A stretch of 64,000 bases of DNA from Dehalococcoidia bacterium (GCA_965207225.1 CBDBLV010000004.1:288001-352000), one strand, 5' to 3'; positions 9,724-21,227 are shown, numbered from the stretch's first letter. Notes: generated from the letters alone by a model not told the origin. Program-made: numbers and translations.

Positions 9724-10791
9724 ATGGCTGTGGAAGTTCAAGCCGAGGAGCAGCCACGTCCGGGCATCGGGGATATTCTTCGTGACCCGACCCTGCTGAT
9801 TACCAACGCCCGTTCCAACCTGGAAGTCTGGGTCAACATTATCGTCATAGTCTGGGCCTTGGCTTTCATGATCTGGCAGGGGACCGGATTCGCCATCACC
9901 GTCGGCACGGTATTCGCCATCTGGGCCATATTGGCCGTAAGCCTCAACTTAGTGGTCGGCTTTGCAGGTCTGCTCTCGGTGGCGCATATCGGCTTCTTCG
10001 GGATCGGGGCCTACACCGTAGCCATATTCACCTCAGACGCTTCATACGAGCAGCTCCGCACCGAGACCATCCCAACCTTCGGCTGGCCCTTCTTCGCCGC
10101 ACTGCCCATTGCCGTGGTGCTTGCCGGGATCGTAGCCGTAGTTGTGGGAGCCGTGTTTAACCGGTTCCGGGACGATATCTTCGTCCTCGTGTCTTTCGGC
10201 TTCGCGATTATCGCTTTCAACGTATTCCTGAACTGGCGCCCCGTCACCCGAGGTGCATTCGGCATCCACGAAGTGGCCCGACCCGCCATCGGCGGCTGGG
10301 TATTCGATGGCGAGCTCGAATTCCTGATATTGACCCTGGTATTCCTTGCGCTGGTCATGCTTATTTCCTGGTTCATCGTGTCATCTTCCTTCGGACGGGT
10401 GCTGACGGCGATCCGGGAAGACGAGCAGGCGATCCAGGTGTTCGGGTATCGAGTCACCTTCTACAAGCTGGCCATCTGGGTGATGTCGGCGATGATGGCA
10501 GCCCTCGCCGGAGGGTTCTTCTCCAGCTGGACTACCTTCATCGACCCCAACTCCTTCATCCTCCTTGAGTCTATTTTGATGGTATCCATTGTTATCCTGG
10601 GCGGCCTGGCCAACATCTGGGGCTCTCTCCTGGGCGCCATGGTCTTCGTGCTCCTGGAAGAGGGGATGCGCTTCATCCCCTTCCTGCCCACTGAGTACAT
10701 TGGCCAGGCTCGACAAATCGTGCTCGGCATCCTCCTGGTGCTCCTCATGCTCTTCAGGCCCCAGGGCCTGGTTGGGAGATACAAGCTGTGA
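9724..10791 (+). CDS. livM: LivM-type ABC permease
   Basis: SLNLVVGFAGLLSVAHIGFFGIGAY, FGRVLTAIREDE and FRPQGL. Confidence 0.9.
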   Translation: MAVEVQAEEQPRPGIGDILRDPTLLITNARSNLEVWVNIIVIVWALAFMIWQGTGFAITVGTVFAIWAILAVSLNLVVGFAGLLSVAHIGFFGIGAYTVAIFTSDASYEQLRTETIPTFGWPFFAALPIAVVLAGIVAVVVGAVFNRFRDDIFVLVSFGFAIIAFNVFLNWRPVTRGAFGIHEVARPAIGGWVFDGELEFLILTLVFLALVMLISWFIVSSSFGRVLTAIREDEQAIQVFGYRVTFYKLAIWVMSAMMAALAGGFFSSWTTFIDPNSFILLESILMVSIVILGGLANIWGSLLGAMVFVLLEEGMRFIPFLPTEYIGQARQIVLGILLVLLMLFRPQGLVGRYKL

Positions 10792-11543
10792 CCACGTCTG
10801 ACACAACCATTGCTTCGGCGCTGTCAACCGACAAGGTCTCCAAGCACTTCGGGGCCGTTCGGGCCGTCGACGAGCTTTCGATTGCGATTCCCTCAACCGG
10901 TATGACCAGCATTGTCGGGCCTAATGGGTCGGGCAAGTCCACCTTGGTAAATCTGCTCTCCGGCACCCTCCCCCTGGACGGCGGCCTGGTCATCATAGAT
11001 GGCAAGGGCCTCCGGGTAGTCCACGCCTTCGAGACCCCAGACCACGGGCTAACCCGCACCTTCCAGGAAGTCCGCCTTTTCGACCAGATTACAGTCTGGG
11101 ACAACATCATGGTCGTCCTCACCAGCCGGCCCTGGCTTCCGGCCCTCTTCGAGCGGGCCAAGCCCGACTTTCGGCAGAAGGCGGAGGAGATCCTTAAGAA
11201 AGTGGGGATGTGGGAGAAGCGTAAGGCGCTGGCCCAGAACCTCTCCTACGGGCAGCGCAAACTGCTGGAGATAGGCCGGGCGATGGCCATGGATGTCAAG
11301 GTCTACCTGTTCGACGAGCCCTTCGCCGGCCTGTTCCCACAGATGCTGGAGCGGGTCAAGGACTTGATGAAGGAGATGCGGGACCAGGGCCACACCATTG
11401 TCTTCATCGAGCACAACATGGACATCGTGCGGGAGCTTTCCGACCACATATTCGTGTTGGATAGCGGCGCCCTCCTGGCCGAGGGAGAAGTCGAAGACGT
11501 CCTGAACCGCCCCGAGGTCATTGAGGCCTACCTGGGTGACTAG
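10788..11543 (+). CDS. livG: ABC ATP-binding protein, LivG type
   Basis: GPNGSGKST, RTFQ, LSYGQRKLLE and DEP. Confidence 0.9.
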   Translation: MTTSDTTIASALSTDKVSKHFGAVRAVDELSIAIPSTGMTSIVGPNGSGKSTLVNLLSGTLPLDGGLVIIDGKGLRVVHAFETPDHGLTRTFQEVRLFDQITVWDNIMVVLTSRPWLPALFERAKPDFRQKAEEILKKVGMWEKRKALAQNLSYGQRKLLEIGRAMAMDVKVYLFDEPFAGLFPQMLERVKDLMKEMRDQGHTIVFIEHNMDIVRELSDHIFVLDSGALLAEGEVEDVLNRPEVIEAYLGD

Positions 11544-11563
11544 CCCCGAGAGGACAACCCGAG

Positions 11564-12304
11564 ATGGCAGAGAATAACGGCAACGGCGAAATGAGAATAC
11601 TGGAGCTCGTCGACATCTCCGTTCATTATGGCGCGGTCATCGCTCTGAACGAGGCTTCGCTGGGCGTGGACAAAGGCGAGGTGGTGGCCGTGATGGGCCC
11701 CAACGGCGCCGGTAAGTCCACGGTCCTCAAGGCTATCATGCGGCTGGCCCCGGTGGTCGGGGGGCAGGTCTACTGGCAGCAGGGCCTGTTCGAAGCCGAG
11801 ACCCACGAAATCGTCAAGGAAGGCATCGCCTTCGTTCCCCAGGGCCGCCGCGTTTTCACCCACCTCACCATCGAAGAAAACCTTGAGATGGGCTGCCTCT
11901 ACTTGAACGACAAGGCAGAGAAGCGCCAACGCCTCGACGGTGTGATGGAGCTCTTCCCCATCCTTCACGAAAAGCGCCGAGACTACGCCAGCCAGATGTC
12001 CGGCGGCCAGCAGCAGATGCTCGCCCTGGGTCGGGGGCTCATGGCCAATCCCGAGGTCCTGCTCCTTGACGAGCCCACCCTCGGCCTCGCGCCCATCATC
12101 GTCAAGGAAGTCTTCGAGAAGGTCTCCGAGATCAGCGACAGGCTCGGCACTACCATCCTCGTCGTCGAGCACAACATCAAGGGCGTTCTCGACATCGTGG
12201 ACCGGGCCTACGTGCTGGACAAGGGCCGCGTCGTCCACGACGGCACGCCTCAAACCGTCCGGGACACCGACATCCTCACCCGGGTCTTCCTGGGCGCAGC
12301 CTAG
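11564..12304 (+). CDS. livF: ABC ATP-binding protein, LivF type
   Basis: GPNGAGKST, MSGGQQQMLA and LLDEPTLGLAP. Confidence 0.9.
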   Translation: MAENNGNGEMRILELVDISVHYGAVIALNEASLGVDKGEVVAVMGPNGAGKSTVLKAIMRLAPVVGGQVYWQQGLFEAETHEIVKEGIAFVPQGRRVFTHLTIEENLEMGCLYLNDKAEKRQRLDGVMELFPILHEKRRDYASQMSGGQQQMLALGRGLMANPEVLLLDEPTLGLAPIIVKEVFEKVSEISDRLGTTILVVEHNIKGVLDIVDRAYVLDKGRVVHDGTPQTVRDTDILTRVFLGAA

Positions 12305-12310
12305 GCTTTC

Positions 12311-13366
12311 CTACTTCTTCGCCTTCTCCAGCGCCAGCCCCGCCATCAGGTACATGATCACGTACACGATCACCCGGTAGATCACCGCAGACCCCGGCGG
12401 GATGCAGATGAAGGACATCCCGCTCAGCCCCCGTCGCCCGACCTCGTGGGCTATCCTGATCACTTCGTAGTCCGTCAGGCCGATCGGTTCGGCCAACTCA
12501 CCCATTATGTCGCCGGAAGCCGGGCCCGCCCCGCCGAGCACGTCCATGTCGAAGTGGACGTACACGCCGTCAGTGCCCTGGTAGGCTCGGTCGAGCTCGT
12601 TGACCACACCCTCGATGCCAAGGCTTCGGACCTCCCACGAGGAGATGAACCGGGCCCCTTCCCTCAGGTACCGACGCACGATGTCCTTCTTCTCCAGCAT
12701 CCCCCGCTCCCCGATCTCCACCAGCGTGCTCGGGTGCATGTTCTCCAGGAACTCGTACATCTTGTGCTTCCAGCTGCCGCTTCCCGCGATGCGGGGATCG
12801 TTCGTCATGCGGTCGAGCTTGGCAGCGTCCCAGTGGGTATCGAGACTCACGCACCCGACCTGCCCCGCCGTATGTTCCGATATTGATTTGGCAATCGCGA
12901 AGGACCCCATCGGCGAGTTCTGCCCAATCACAATCGGGATTCCTCCCGCCTCCAGCACATCTCCGACCTTCTCCTCCACCGACGCCTGCGCCTTCAGGAT
13001 GTTTTCGGGGGTCTGGGAGATGTTTACCTCCTCAGGAATATCCGCGTCTCCGTAGTCGACTACGTTCAGGTGCTCGAACACGTCTATGTCGAAGTCCTGG
13101 ATGTAACCCGACCCATACCTCACCGACTGCTGCCTAACCCTCTTCGGCCCCGAGATCCATTCCCACTTGTCCACCCCCGCGTACCTGTCCGTGGCCGTCG
13201 CAACGTAGGGCGCCCCGATAATCACCACGTCCTGGCCCTTCAGTTCATCCTTGGAAGTGACGTGGGGAACGCCCAGGAATGTGGGCAGCTCGTCCGTGAT
13301 CATGGGGAATTTGTGACGGCCTATAAAGGTGTGCTCCAGCAGCTCTTCCCAGCCGGGGTATTTCAT
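12311..13366 (-). CDS. Arginase/agmatinase (ureohydrolase) family protein, divergent
   Basis: TFLGVP, GPKRVRQQS, VVDYGD, LDTHWD and HFDMDVL. Confidence 0.85.
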   Translation of the reverse strand: MKYPGWEELLEHTFIGRHKFPMITDELPTFLGVPHVTSKDELKGQDVVIIGAPYVATATDRYAGVDKWEWISGPKRVRQQSVRYGSGYIQDFDIDVFEHLNVVDYGDADIPEEVNISQTPENILKAQASVEEKVGDVLEAGGIPIVIGQNSPMGSFAIAKSISEHTAGQVGCVSLDTHWDAAKLDRMTNDPRIAGSGSWKHKMYEFLENMHPSTLVEIGERGMLEKKDIVRRYLREGARFISSWEVRSLGIEGVVNELDRAYQGTDGVYVHFDMDVLGGAGPASGDIMGELAEPIGLTDYEVIRIAHEVGRRGLSGMSFICIPPGSAVIYRVIVYVIMYLMAGLALEKAKK

Positions 13367-13406
13367 TGAACACATATTGGTCCTCCTGGGGAATATTGGG
13401 GCGAAT

Positions 13407-14576
13407 TTATCCCATTACTTTCGATGCGTATCCGATGTCGTGCAGGGCGTCCTCACCAAACCGGGTCATCCCGAGACTCGAGATATCAATGCTCCTCGCC
13501 TCCCCATCCACGATCATCTCGGCAACCAGCTTGCCCACCGCCGGCGACTCCTTGAACCCGTGCCCGTTGAAGCCCGTGCAGATGTACAGCCCGTCCACGC
13601 CTTCAACCTTGTCGATTATCGGGTGTCCGTCCGGTGTGTTGGTATAGAGCCCCGCGTACCCTGTGAAATACTCTGCCTGTTCCAGCCCCGGCGCCCGTTT
13701 CGCCACCCGACCCCACATCCTCTCGATATAGTCCATGCCCGGCTTCTGGTCGTATTCGTCGGGATCGGCCTCTATCTCCAGTTCCACATCTCCGACCAGG
13801 GTGAGGTCCGGGCTCTCGGGCCGCATGTAGGCCATGTTCACCAGGTCGCCGATCACCGGGTGATCGGGTATGACCTCCATCCTGCGCTTCAGGAAGAAAA
13901 CCTCGTGCCGGGTAGCCTTCAGTGGCAGCTCAATCCCGATCTTCCGCATCAGCTGGACAGACCACGGCCCCGCGGCCACGACCGCCGTGTCAGTCTCGAC
14001 TCTCCCCGCCCCTGTCTCCACCGCAACAACCCCGTCATTAAGAATCTCAACGTCGAGAGCCGGTGTGTCCAGCAGCAACTCCGCCCCCCTCCATCGCGCA
14101 TCCAATGCAAAGCCCTGCCCTACGCTCGGCGGGTCCGCGTAGCCCGACTGCGCCTCAAAGCAGATCGTGTCCGACTCGTCAAACTCCAGGTGAGGCGCAA
14201 CCTCTTTGGCCTGCTTTGCATCCAGGACCCGTGTGTCGATGCCCAGGGACTGCTGCATGGCGATGTTGCGGTAAAAGTCTTCCTTTGCCTGCGGCGGCGC
14301 TATGAACATCGCCCCCGAGTTCACGAACCCCGAGTCACTCCCTGTTATCTCTTCAAAGTCCCGGATGGTCTTCAGGCTGGCGAAGGCGATCCTGGCGTTG
14401 ACCTCGCTGGAGTAGTGCATCCGCACGATGCCCGACGACCGCCCCGTAGACCCCGCGCCAAGCGACTCTTTTTCTACGAGCACGGTGTCGGTCACGCCGC
14501 GTCGGGCGAGGTGGAACAGAATGCTGCACCCCATCACACCGCCGCCTATGACTACTACATCAGCCCTGGATTTCAT
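13407..14576 (-). CDS. FAD-dependent oxidoreductase (DadA/sarcosine oxidase beta family)
   Basis: VVIGGGVMG, GSTGRSSG, TPDGHPII and GFNGHGFK. Confidence 0.9.
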   Translation of the reverse strand: MKSRADVVVIGGGVMGCSILFHLARRGVTDTVLVEKESLGAGSTGRSSGIVRMHYSSEVNARIAFASLKTIRDFEEITGSDSGFVNSGAMFIAPPQAKEDFYRNIAMQQSLGIDTRVLDAKQAKEVAPHLEFDESDTICFEAQSGYADPPSVGQGFALDARWRGAELLLDTPALDVEILNDGVVAVETGAGRVETDTAVVAAGPWSVQLMRKIGIELPLKATRHEVFFLKRRMEVIPDHPVIGDLVNMAYMRPESPDLTLVGDVELEIEADPDEYDQKPGMDYIERMWGRVAKRAPGLEQAEYFTGYAGLYTNTPDGHPIIDKVEGVDGLYICTGFNGHGFKESPAVGKLVAEMIVDGEARSIDISSLGMTRFGEDALHDIGYASKVMG

Positions 14577-14709
14577 GCCTGCCTCTGAGAGTATGTGGGA
14601 CTGGATCCGCCGGTCGCATGATATTGCCCCGCCTGCCCTCCGTCAATCAATCAGCCCCGACCCCCATGCTATACTGCCCCCATTCCCGACATCCGATGAA
14701 AGGCCCTCA

Positions 14710-15915
14710 ATGCTGCCTCTTGACGGCATAAGAGTCATCGACCTCTCTCAAGGCATCCCCGGCCCCTTCTGTTCAAGGCTCATGGCCGACCAGGGCGCCG
14801 ACGTAATCAAGATCGAATCCCCCTCCGGCGGAGACCCCGCCCGGCGGCAGGCCCCTTTTCCCGGCATGGTCCCTCAGCCGGAAGCAAGTGGGACGTACCA
14901 GTACGTCAATCTCGGCAAGCGAGGCATAAGTCTCAACCTGAACAGTGAGTCAGGTAGGAGAATTCTGAAAAAGCTGGTCTCCGGCGCGCATGTCATCGTT
15001 GAGGGCTTCGAACCGGGCGTTTTGGACACTTTGGGTCTCGGTTTTGCGGATCTATCGGAGATAAACCCGGGGCTGGTGATGACATCGGTCACCAACTTCG
15101 GGCAGTCGGGGCCCTACAAACACTACAAGTCCGACGAAATTACGCAGTACGGCATGGGCGGGCCCATGTCCCTTACCGGCACCCCCGACCATCCGCCTTT
15201 GAATCTGGCCGATGGCATAGTCTTTCTTCAGGCTGGGACAGCCGCAGCGCTGGCTGCAATGATTGCATTCTTTGAGGCAGAGGTGTCGGGGGTGGGAGAG
15301 CACGTGGACATCTCCATTATGGAAATCCAGGCCGGCAACATAGACCGCCGTGCCCTCAGCCTTCTTGCCTATCAATACACGGGCGAGCGCGGCACACGCA
15401 TCGATGCGGGAGGAAGTGCGGTAAGCGGTGTCCTGCCCACCAGCAACGGCTACATTGCCTTCGATGCTGCGACCCCGGCAGCGCTGGAGAATCTCCCAAC
15501 TCTGTTAGAGGCGCCTGAACTGGCACAGGACCCCCGCTTCACGGACCCCAACGCCCGAAACGAACCCGAGAATTCAGAGATGCTGGCGTCCCGAATCCTG
15601 GAGTGGGCCCTCGGCCAGGACAACCAGGTCGCATGGCGCAAGGCCCAGGCACACAGGTCGATGGCTGCACCTATCAACAATGCATCCGACCTCCTCGCCG
15701 ACCCCCACTATGCTTACCGTGGATTCTGGAACCGCATCGAAAGTCCGGTGGGGCTCGTACCATATCTGGGGTCGCCTTTGACCATGAACGGCGCCCGCGT
15801 CTCCGTCAAGCGACCGGCGCCAATGCTGGGCCAGCATAATGGCGAGGTCCTTGGAGGTGAATTGGGATTCAGCCGCGAAGAGTTAAGCACGCTCAAACAA
15901 GCGAGGGTGATCTAG
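14710..15915 (+). CDS. Family III CoA-transferase subunit (BbsE-like)
   Basis: PLDGIRVIDLS, ADQGADVIKIE, NLGKRGISLNL and APMLGQHN. Confidence 0.88.
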   Translation: MLPLDGIRVIDLSQGIPGPFCSRLMADQGADVIKIESPSGGDPARRQAPFPGMVPQPEASGTYQYVNLGKRGISLNLNSESGRRILKKLVSGAHVIVEGFEPGVLDTLGLGFADLSEINPGLVMTSVTNFGQSGPYKHYKSDEITQYGMGGPMSLTGTPDHPPLNLADGIVFLQAGTAAALAAMIAFFEAEVSGVGEHVDISIMEIQAGNIDRRALSLLAYQYTGERGTRIDAGGSAVSGVLPTSNGYIAFDAATPAALENLPTLLEAPELAQDPRFTDPNARNEPENSEMLASRILEWALGQDNQVAWRKAQAHRSMAAPINNASDLLADPHYAYRGFWNRIESPVGLVPYLGSPLTMNGARVSVKRPAPMLGQHNGEVLGGELGFSREELSTLKQARVI

Positions 15916-15918
15916 TCG

Positions 15919-17214
15919 ATGCCTAGTCTGCCATTGGAAGGAGTCCGTGTCCTGGACATCACCCAGATCTGGGCGGGGCCATACACCACCCAGCTTCTTG
16001 CTGACTGGGGCGCCGAGGTCATTAGAATCGAATCGACGCAGATTGCCCCCATTTCCACGCGGGTGTGGTCCCATGAATGGATAGAGCCCACTCCTGGCAT
16101 CTTTTGGCTCGCTTATCCCGATGGAAAGATGGGAGAAAACCGGGCCAATCGGTGGGCCCTCTTCAACATCCACGCCCGCAACAAGCACAGCGCGACAATG
16201 GACCTCACCCGACCCGAAGGCCGCGCCGTCTTCGACAGCCTTCTCCAAATCAGCGATGTACTGGTCGAAAACAACACCCCGACTACAATGGCAAAGCTGG
16301 AAATAGACTACGAATCTGTCCGCAGGCAGCGGCCCGACATCGTCATGGTCCGCATGCCGGGATTCGGGTTGGATGGGCCATACACGGACTATAGATCCAT
16401 GGGCAATCATGGTGAGGCCATCGCGGGGCACACATGGCTCAAGAACTACACTGACACCGACTTCTCGGAAATCAGCACTACCGTCGTCGGGGACGGGGTT
16501 GCGGGCCTTTACGCCGCCTTCGCCGCGATGAGCGCCCTCAGAGCCCGGCGCCGCACCGGCAAAGGCGCCCTGATTGAGCTGGCCCAGTGTGAGTCCATGG
16601 CCTCCTTCATGCCCCGGCAGGTCCTGGAATACGCCATCAACCGCCGTATACCCAACGCCATCGGCAACCGGCACTGGTCCCTGGCGCCCCACGATTGCTT
16701 TCCGTGCAAGGGCGAGGACCAGTGGGTGACTATAGCCATCGGGACGGACGATGAATGGGACAGCTTCGTAAGGACACTCGGGAGTCCCGAGTGGGCCCTA
16801 GACCCTCGCTTTGCCACCGTTACCGGCCGCTACAACAGCCAAACCGAAATCGGCGAACACATAGCGCGCTGGACCCGGGAGCGTGACCCCTACGAGGTCG
16901 CCAACCTGCTCCAGACCCACGGCGTCGCCGCAGGCCCCGTCATCTTCGATAAGGAGGCCTTCTCCGACCCGCAATATAACGCCCGGGGCTTCTTCGAGCA
17001 GGTAACCCAGGTCGACTGCGGAACTCACTTGTACCCCGGCATCATGTGGAAGGCGTCGGGACACCCCAACGAGATACGTATGCCGCCATGCAGGCTCGGC
17101 GAACACAACGATTATATCTATTCAGACCTCTTGGGGCATAACGCTGAATACCGGGCGCAAATGGAGGCCGAGGGACATATCGGCACCTCATACGTCATAG
17201 ACAATCCCGGTTAG
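15919..17214 (+). CDS. Family III CoA-transferase subunit (BbsF-like)
   Basis: PLEGVRVLDIT, ADWGAEVIRIE, RNKHSATMDL and GDGVAG. Confidence 0.9.
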   Translation: MPSLPLEGVRVLDITQIWAGPYTTQLLADWGAEVIRIESTQIAPISTRVWSHEWIEPTPGIFWLAYPDGKMGENRANRWALFNIHARNKHSATMDLTRPEGRAVFDSLLQISDVLVENNTPTTMAKLEIDYESVRRQRPDIVMVRMPGFGLDGPYTDYRSMGNHGEAIAGHTWLKNYTDTDFSEISTTVVGDGVAGLYAAFAAMSALRARRRTGKGALIELAQCESMASFMPRQVLEYAINRRIPNAIGNRHWSLAPHDCFPCKGEDQWVTIAIGTDDEWDSFVRTLGSPEWALDPRFATVTGRYNSQTEIGEHIARWTRERDPYEVANLLQTHGVAAGPVIFDKEAFSDPQYNARGFFEQVTQVDCGTHLYPGIMWKASGHPNEIRMPPCRLGEHNDYIYSDLLGHNAEYRAQMEAEGHIGTSYVIDNPG

Positions 17215-17269
17215 AAATGTCTCCCTGAACCCACTTCGCGTCCCGCCTCCCCCACCCTCCCCATTGCTC

Positions 17270-17650
17270 CCTCATCCGTCATCCCAGAATCCGATCGAGA
17301 ATCAATTCTCTGGGGTGGTGCATTCCGCTCGTCCTGAGCGGAGTCGAAGGGTCTCAAAAGCGGAATAGGTGGGGTGTCCCCCTCCCTTGAGGAGACTTTT
17401 GAATAACTGTCATTCCGATGCCCCGCGAGGAATCTGGGGTGGGGGCCTCCTTCCGTTCCCTCCCCCGTAGGGGCAATCCCTCGTGGTTGCTCTAGGGCGG
17501 GGGGTGGCCCACGCCTCGCCAACCCGTCTCGCCCCTCCAAAACTAACCACCACATTCTCCCCTGTCATTCACAATTCCGATGCCCCGCGAGGAATCTGGG
17601 ACGGGGTCCGTCCTCTCCTTGTAGGGGTGGCCCACACCGGCCACCCCGCC
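17270..17650 (+). repeat. Cluster of palindromic REP-like repeats
   Basis: GTCCTGAGCGGAGTCGAAGGGT at 17331-17352; 24-mer at 17412-17435 and 17574-17597; GTAG-led palindromes at about 17467-17493 and 17621-17647. Confidence 0.8.
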
Positions 17651-17687
17651 ACTTATGCCTCCCTCAAAAAATGGAAGGGGAAAACCC

Positions 17688-17715
17688 TTGACTCCTATAA
17701 CAGTCGTGCTAAACT
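17688..17715 (+). promoter_or_regulatory. Sigma70-type promoter of candidate ncRNA A
   Basis: TTGACT-16 bp-TAAACT with extended -10 TG; no credible protein ORF before katG, about 650 bp downstream. Confidence 0.7.
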
Positions 17716-17721
17716 ATCTCT

Positions 17722-18285
17722 AGTTCGAACTAATAAGCTGTGACATAAGGAGGAACCAAAAAACCCAGGGAAGCCCCCGAGACCCGCCCCAGAGGATGTA
17801 ACCCCCGAGACGTCCGGGACGCCATCCCCTCACACGGGTCCCGTGCCCCTTCCCTACCCATCCAGGCGATGGAAGGTCCACAACATTAAGCGGCACGCTC
17901 CTCACTTAGGAGACCTGCCGAAAAACCTCGGGCCTTACGGCCCTTGAAAAATCTCCCCCGTCGTTCCCCTCGGAGATTCCCATAAACCCAGCGACGGCAG
18001 CGAGAAAACACCCACCCACCCCTCCGAGTGGGTCGGGAAAACTGAAAAACTGGTGGCAGAGACGCCCTCTGGCGAGACCCCCTCGCTTGTCTGCCACGTG
18101 ACACAGGAACACGGGGCTGAACCAGGTGGGCCTCCCGCCCCCTGAAAACCGAGTCCCGGACCTTCCATCGCCGACCCAAAACCAGACAGACAGAACGGAA
18201 AACGAGCCCCACAACAAGAGAAAACACCGGTGCCTCATCAACCCACCGAGCCATCGCAAACTCTTCCAAATGGCGGTTGTTGATG
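17722..18285 (+). ncRNA. Candidate large structured ncRNA, paralog A (family unrecognised; ends approximate)
   Basis: 15-bp long-range helix 17865-17879/18158-18172 encloses several hairpins with A-rich linkers; architecture shared with 44897-45466. Confidence 0.7.
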
Positions 18286-18292
18286 CTACTAT
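18264..18292 (+). promoter_or_regulatory. Putative katG promoter
   Basis: TTCCAA-17 bp-TACTAT with extended -10 TG, about 70 bp upstream of the katG ATG. Confidence 0.45.
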
Positions 18293-18307
18293 GTCGGCAG
18301 CGCGTAG

Positions 18308-20482
<2,175 letters not shown>

Positions 20483-20521
20483 ATGCAGGGAATAATCGCA
20501 GAGACCAAACGCGAGTTAACC

Positions 20522-20560
20522 GTGTGGGTGAGGGATGTATCCCTCACCCACACCATTTTC
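20522..20560 (+). terminator. Intrinsic terminator after katG
   Basis: GTGTGGGTGAGGGAT / ATCCCTCACCCACAC inverted repeat followed by CATTTTC. Confidence 0.7.
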
Positions 20561-20613
20561 TCCGGGAATTCAGACGGTAGCGCTGGAGTCGGAATTCAAC
20601 TGGGAGCAACAAT

Positions 20614-21216
20614 ATGACCACCGCTATAGACCTTCGCCCCGAAAAGCTCGCCCGCTTCGTGGAGGGCGTCGTAGAAGTATCAAGAATGGGCCTTCCACCC
20701 GAGCAGTCCATCGAGCGCATCTACCCGAACTTCCAGCAAATGCTCGACTCCCCGGACTGGCTCGCCGACGAATACAAGGTCCCCATCCCCGACAAGTTCG
20801 CCCAGTACCTCCTCCATCGTGAGGAAGACGCTTCCCTGTCCGTAATGGCTATGGTTGTGCCCGCCGGCTGCACCACCCCCGTCCACGATCACCTCGCCTG
20901 GGGCCTTGTCGGCGTATACCAGGGGAGCCAGTTGGAGACCGTCTACCACCGGGAAGATGACGCCTCAGACCCGGATTACGCCAAACTTACCCACGTAGCC
21001 ACCAACGTCTTGAATGTGGGAGACATCACCCGCCTCGTCCCCCCCGAAGGTGACATTCACAAGATCGAGACCATGGACAAGGACCAGCCGTCCATCTCCA
21101 TACACATCCTGGGTAACGACATCGGTTGCCGCTGGCGTCACGCCTTTGAGGTCGAGGAAGAGAAGGTCTTGGACTTCAGGTCGGGGTACGTGAACGCTCC
21201 CTGCCGGGAAGACTAG
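20614..21216 (+). CDS. Thiol dioxygenase family (3-mercaptopropionate dioxygenase-like cupin)
   Basis: QYLLH, TPVHDHLAWG, GDIH and SISIH. Confidence 0.8.
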   Translation: MTTAIDLRPEKLARFVEGVVEVSRMGLPPEQSIERIYPNFQQMLDSPDWLADEYKVPIPDKFAQYLLHREEDASLSVMAMVVPAGCTTPVHDHLAWGLVGVYQGSQLETVYHREDDASDPDYAKLTHVATNVLNVGDITRLVPPEGDIHKIETMDKDQPSISIHILGNDIGCRWRHAFEVEEEKVLDFRSGYVNAPCRED

Positions 21217-21227
21217 ACGGAAGCTGC

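Noticed and set aside
18140-18172. RNase P-like word on the minus strand (GGAAGGTCCGGGACTC)
   Set aside because: No other RNase P conserved regions are present; the word is explained by the + strand closing helix.
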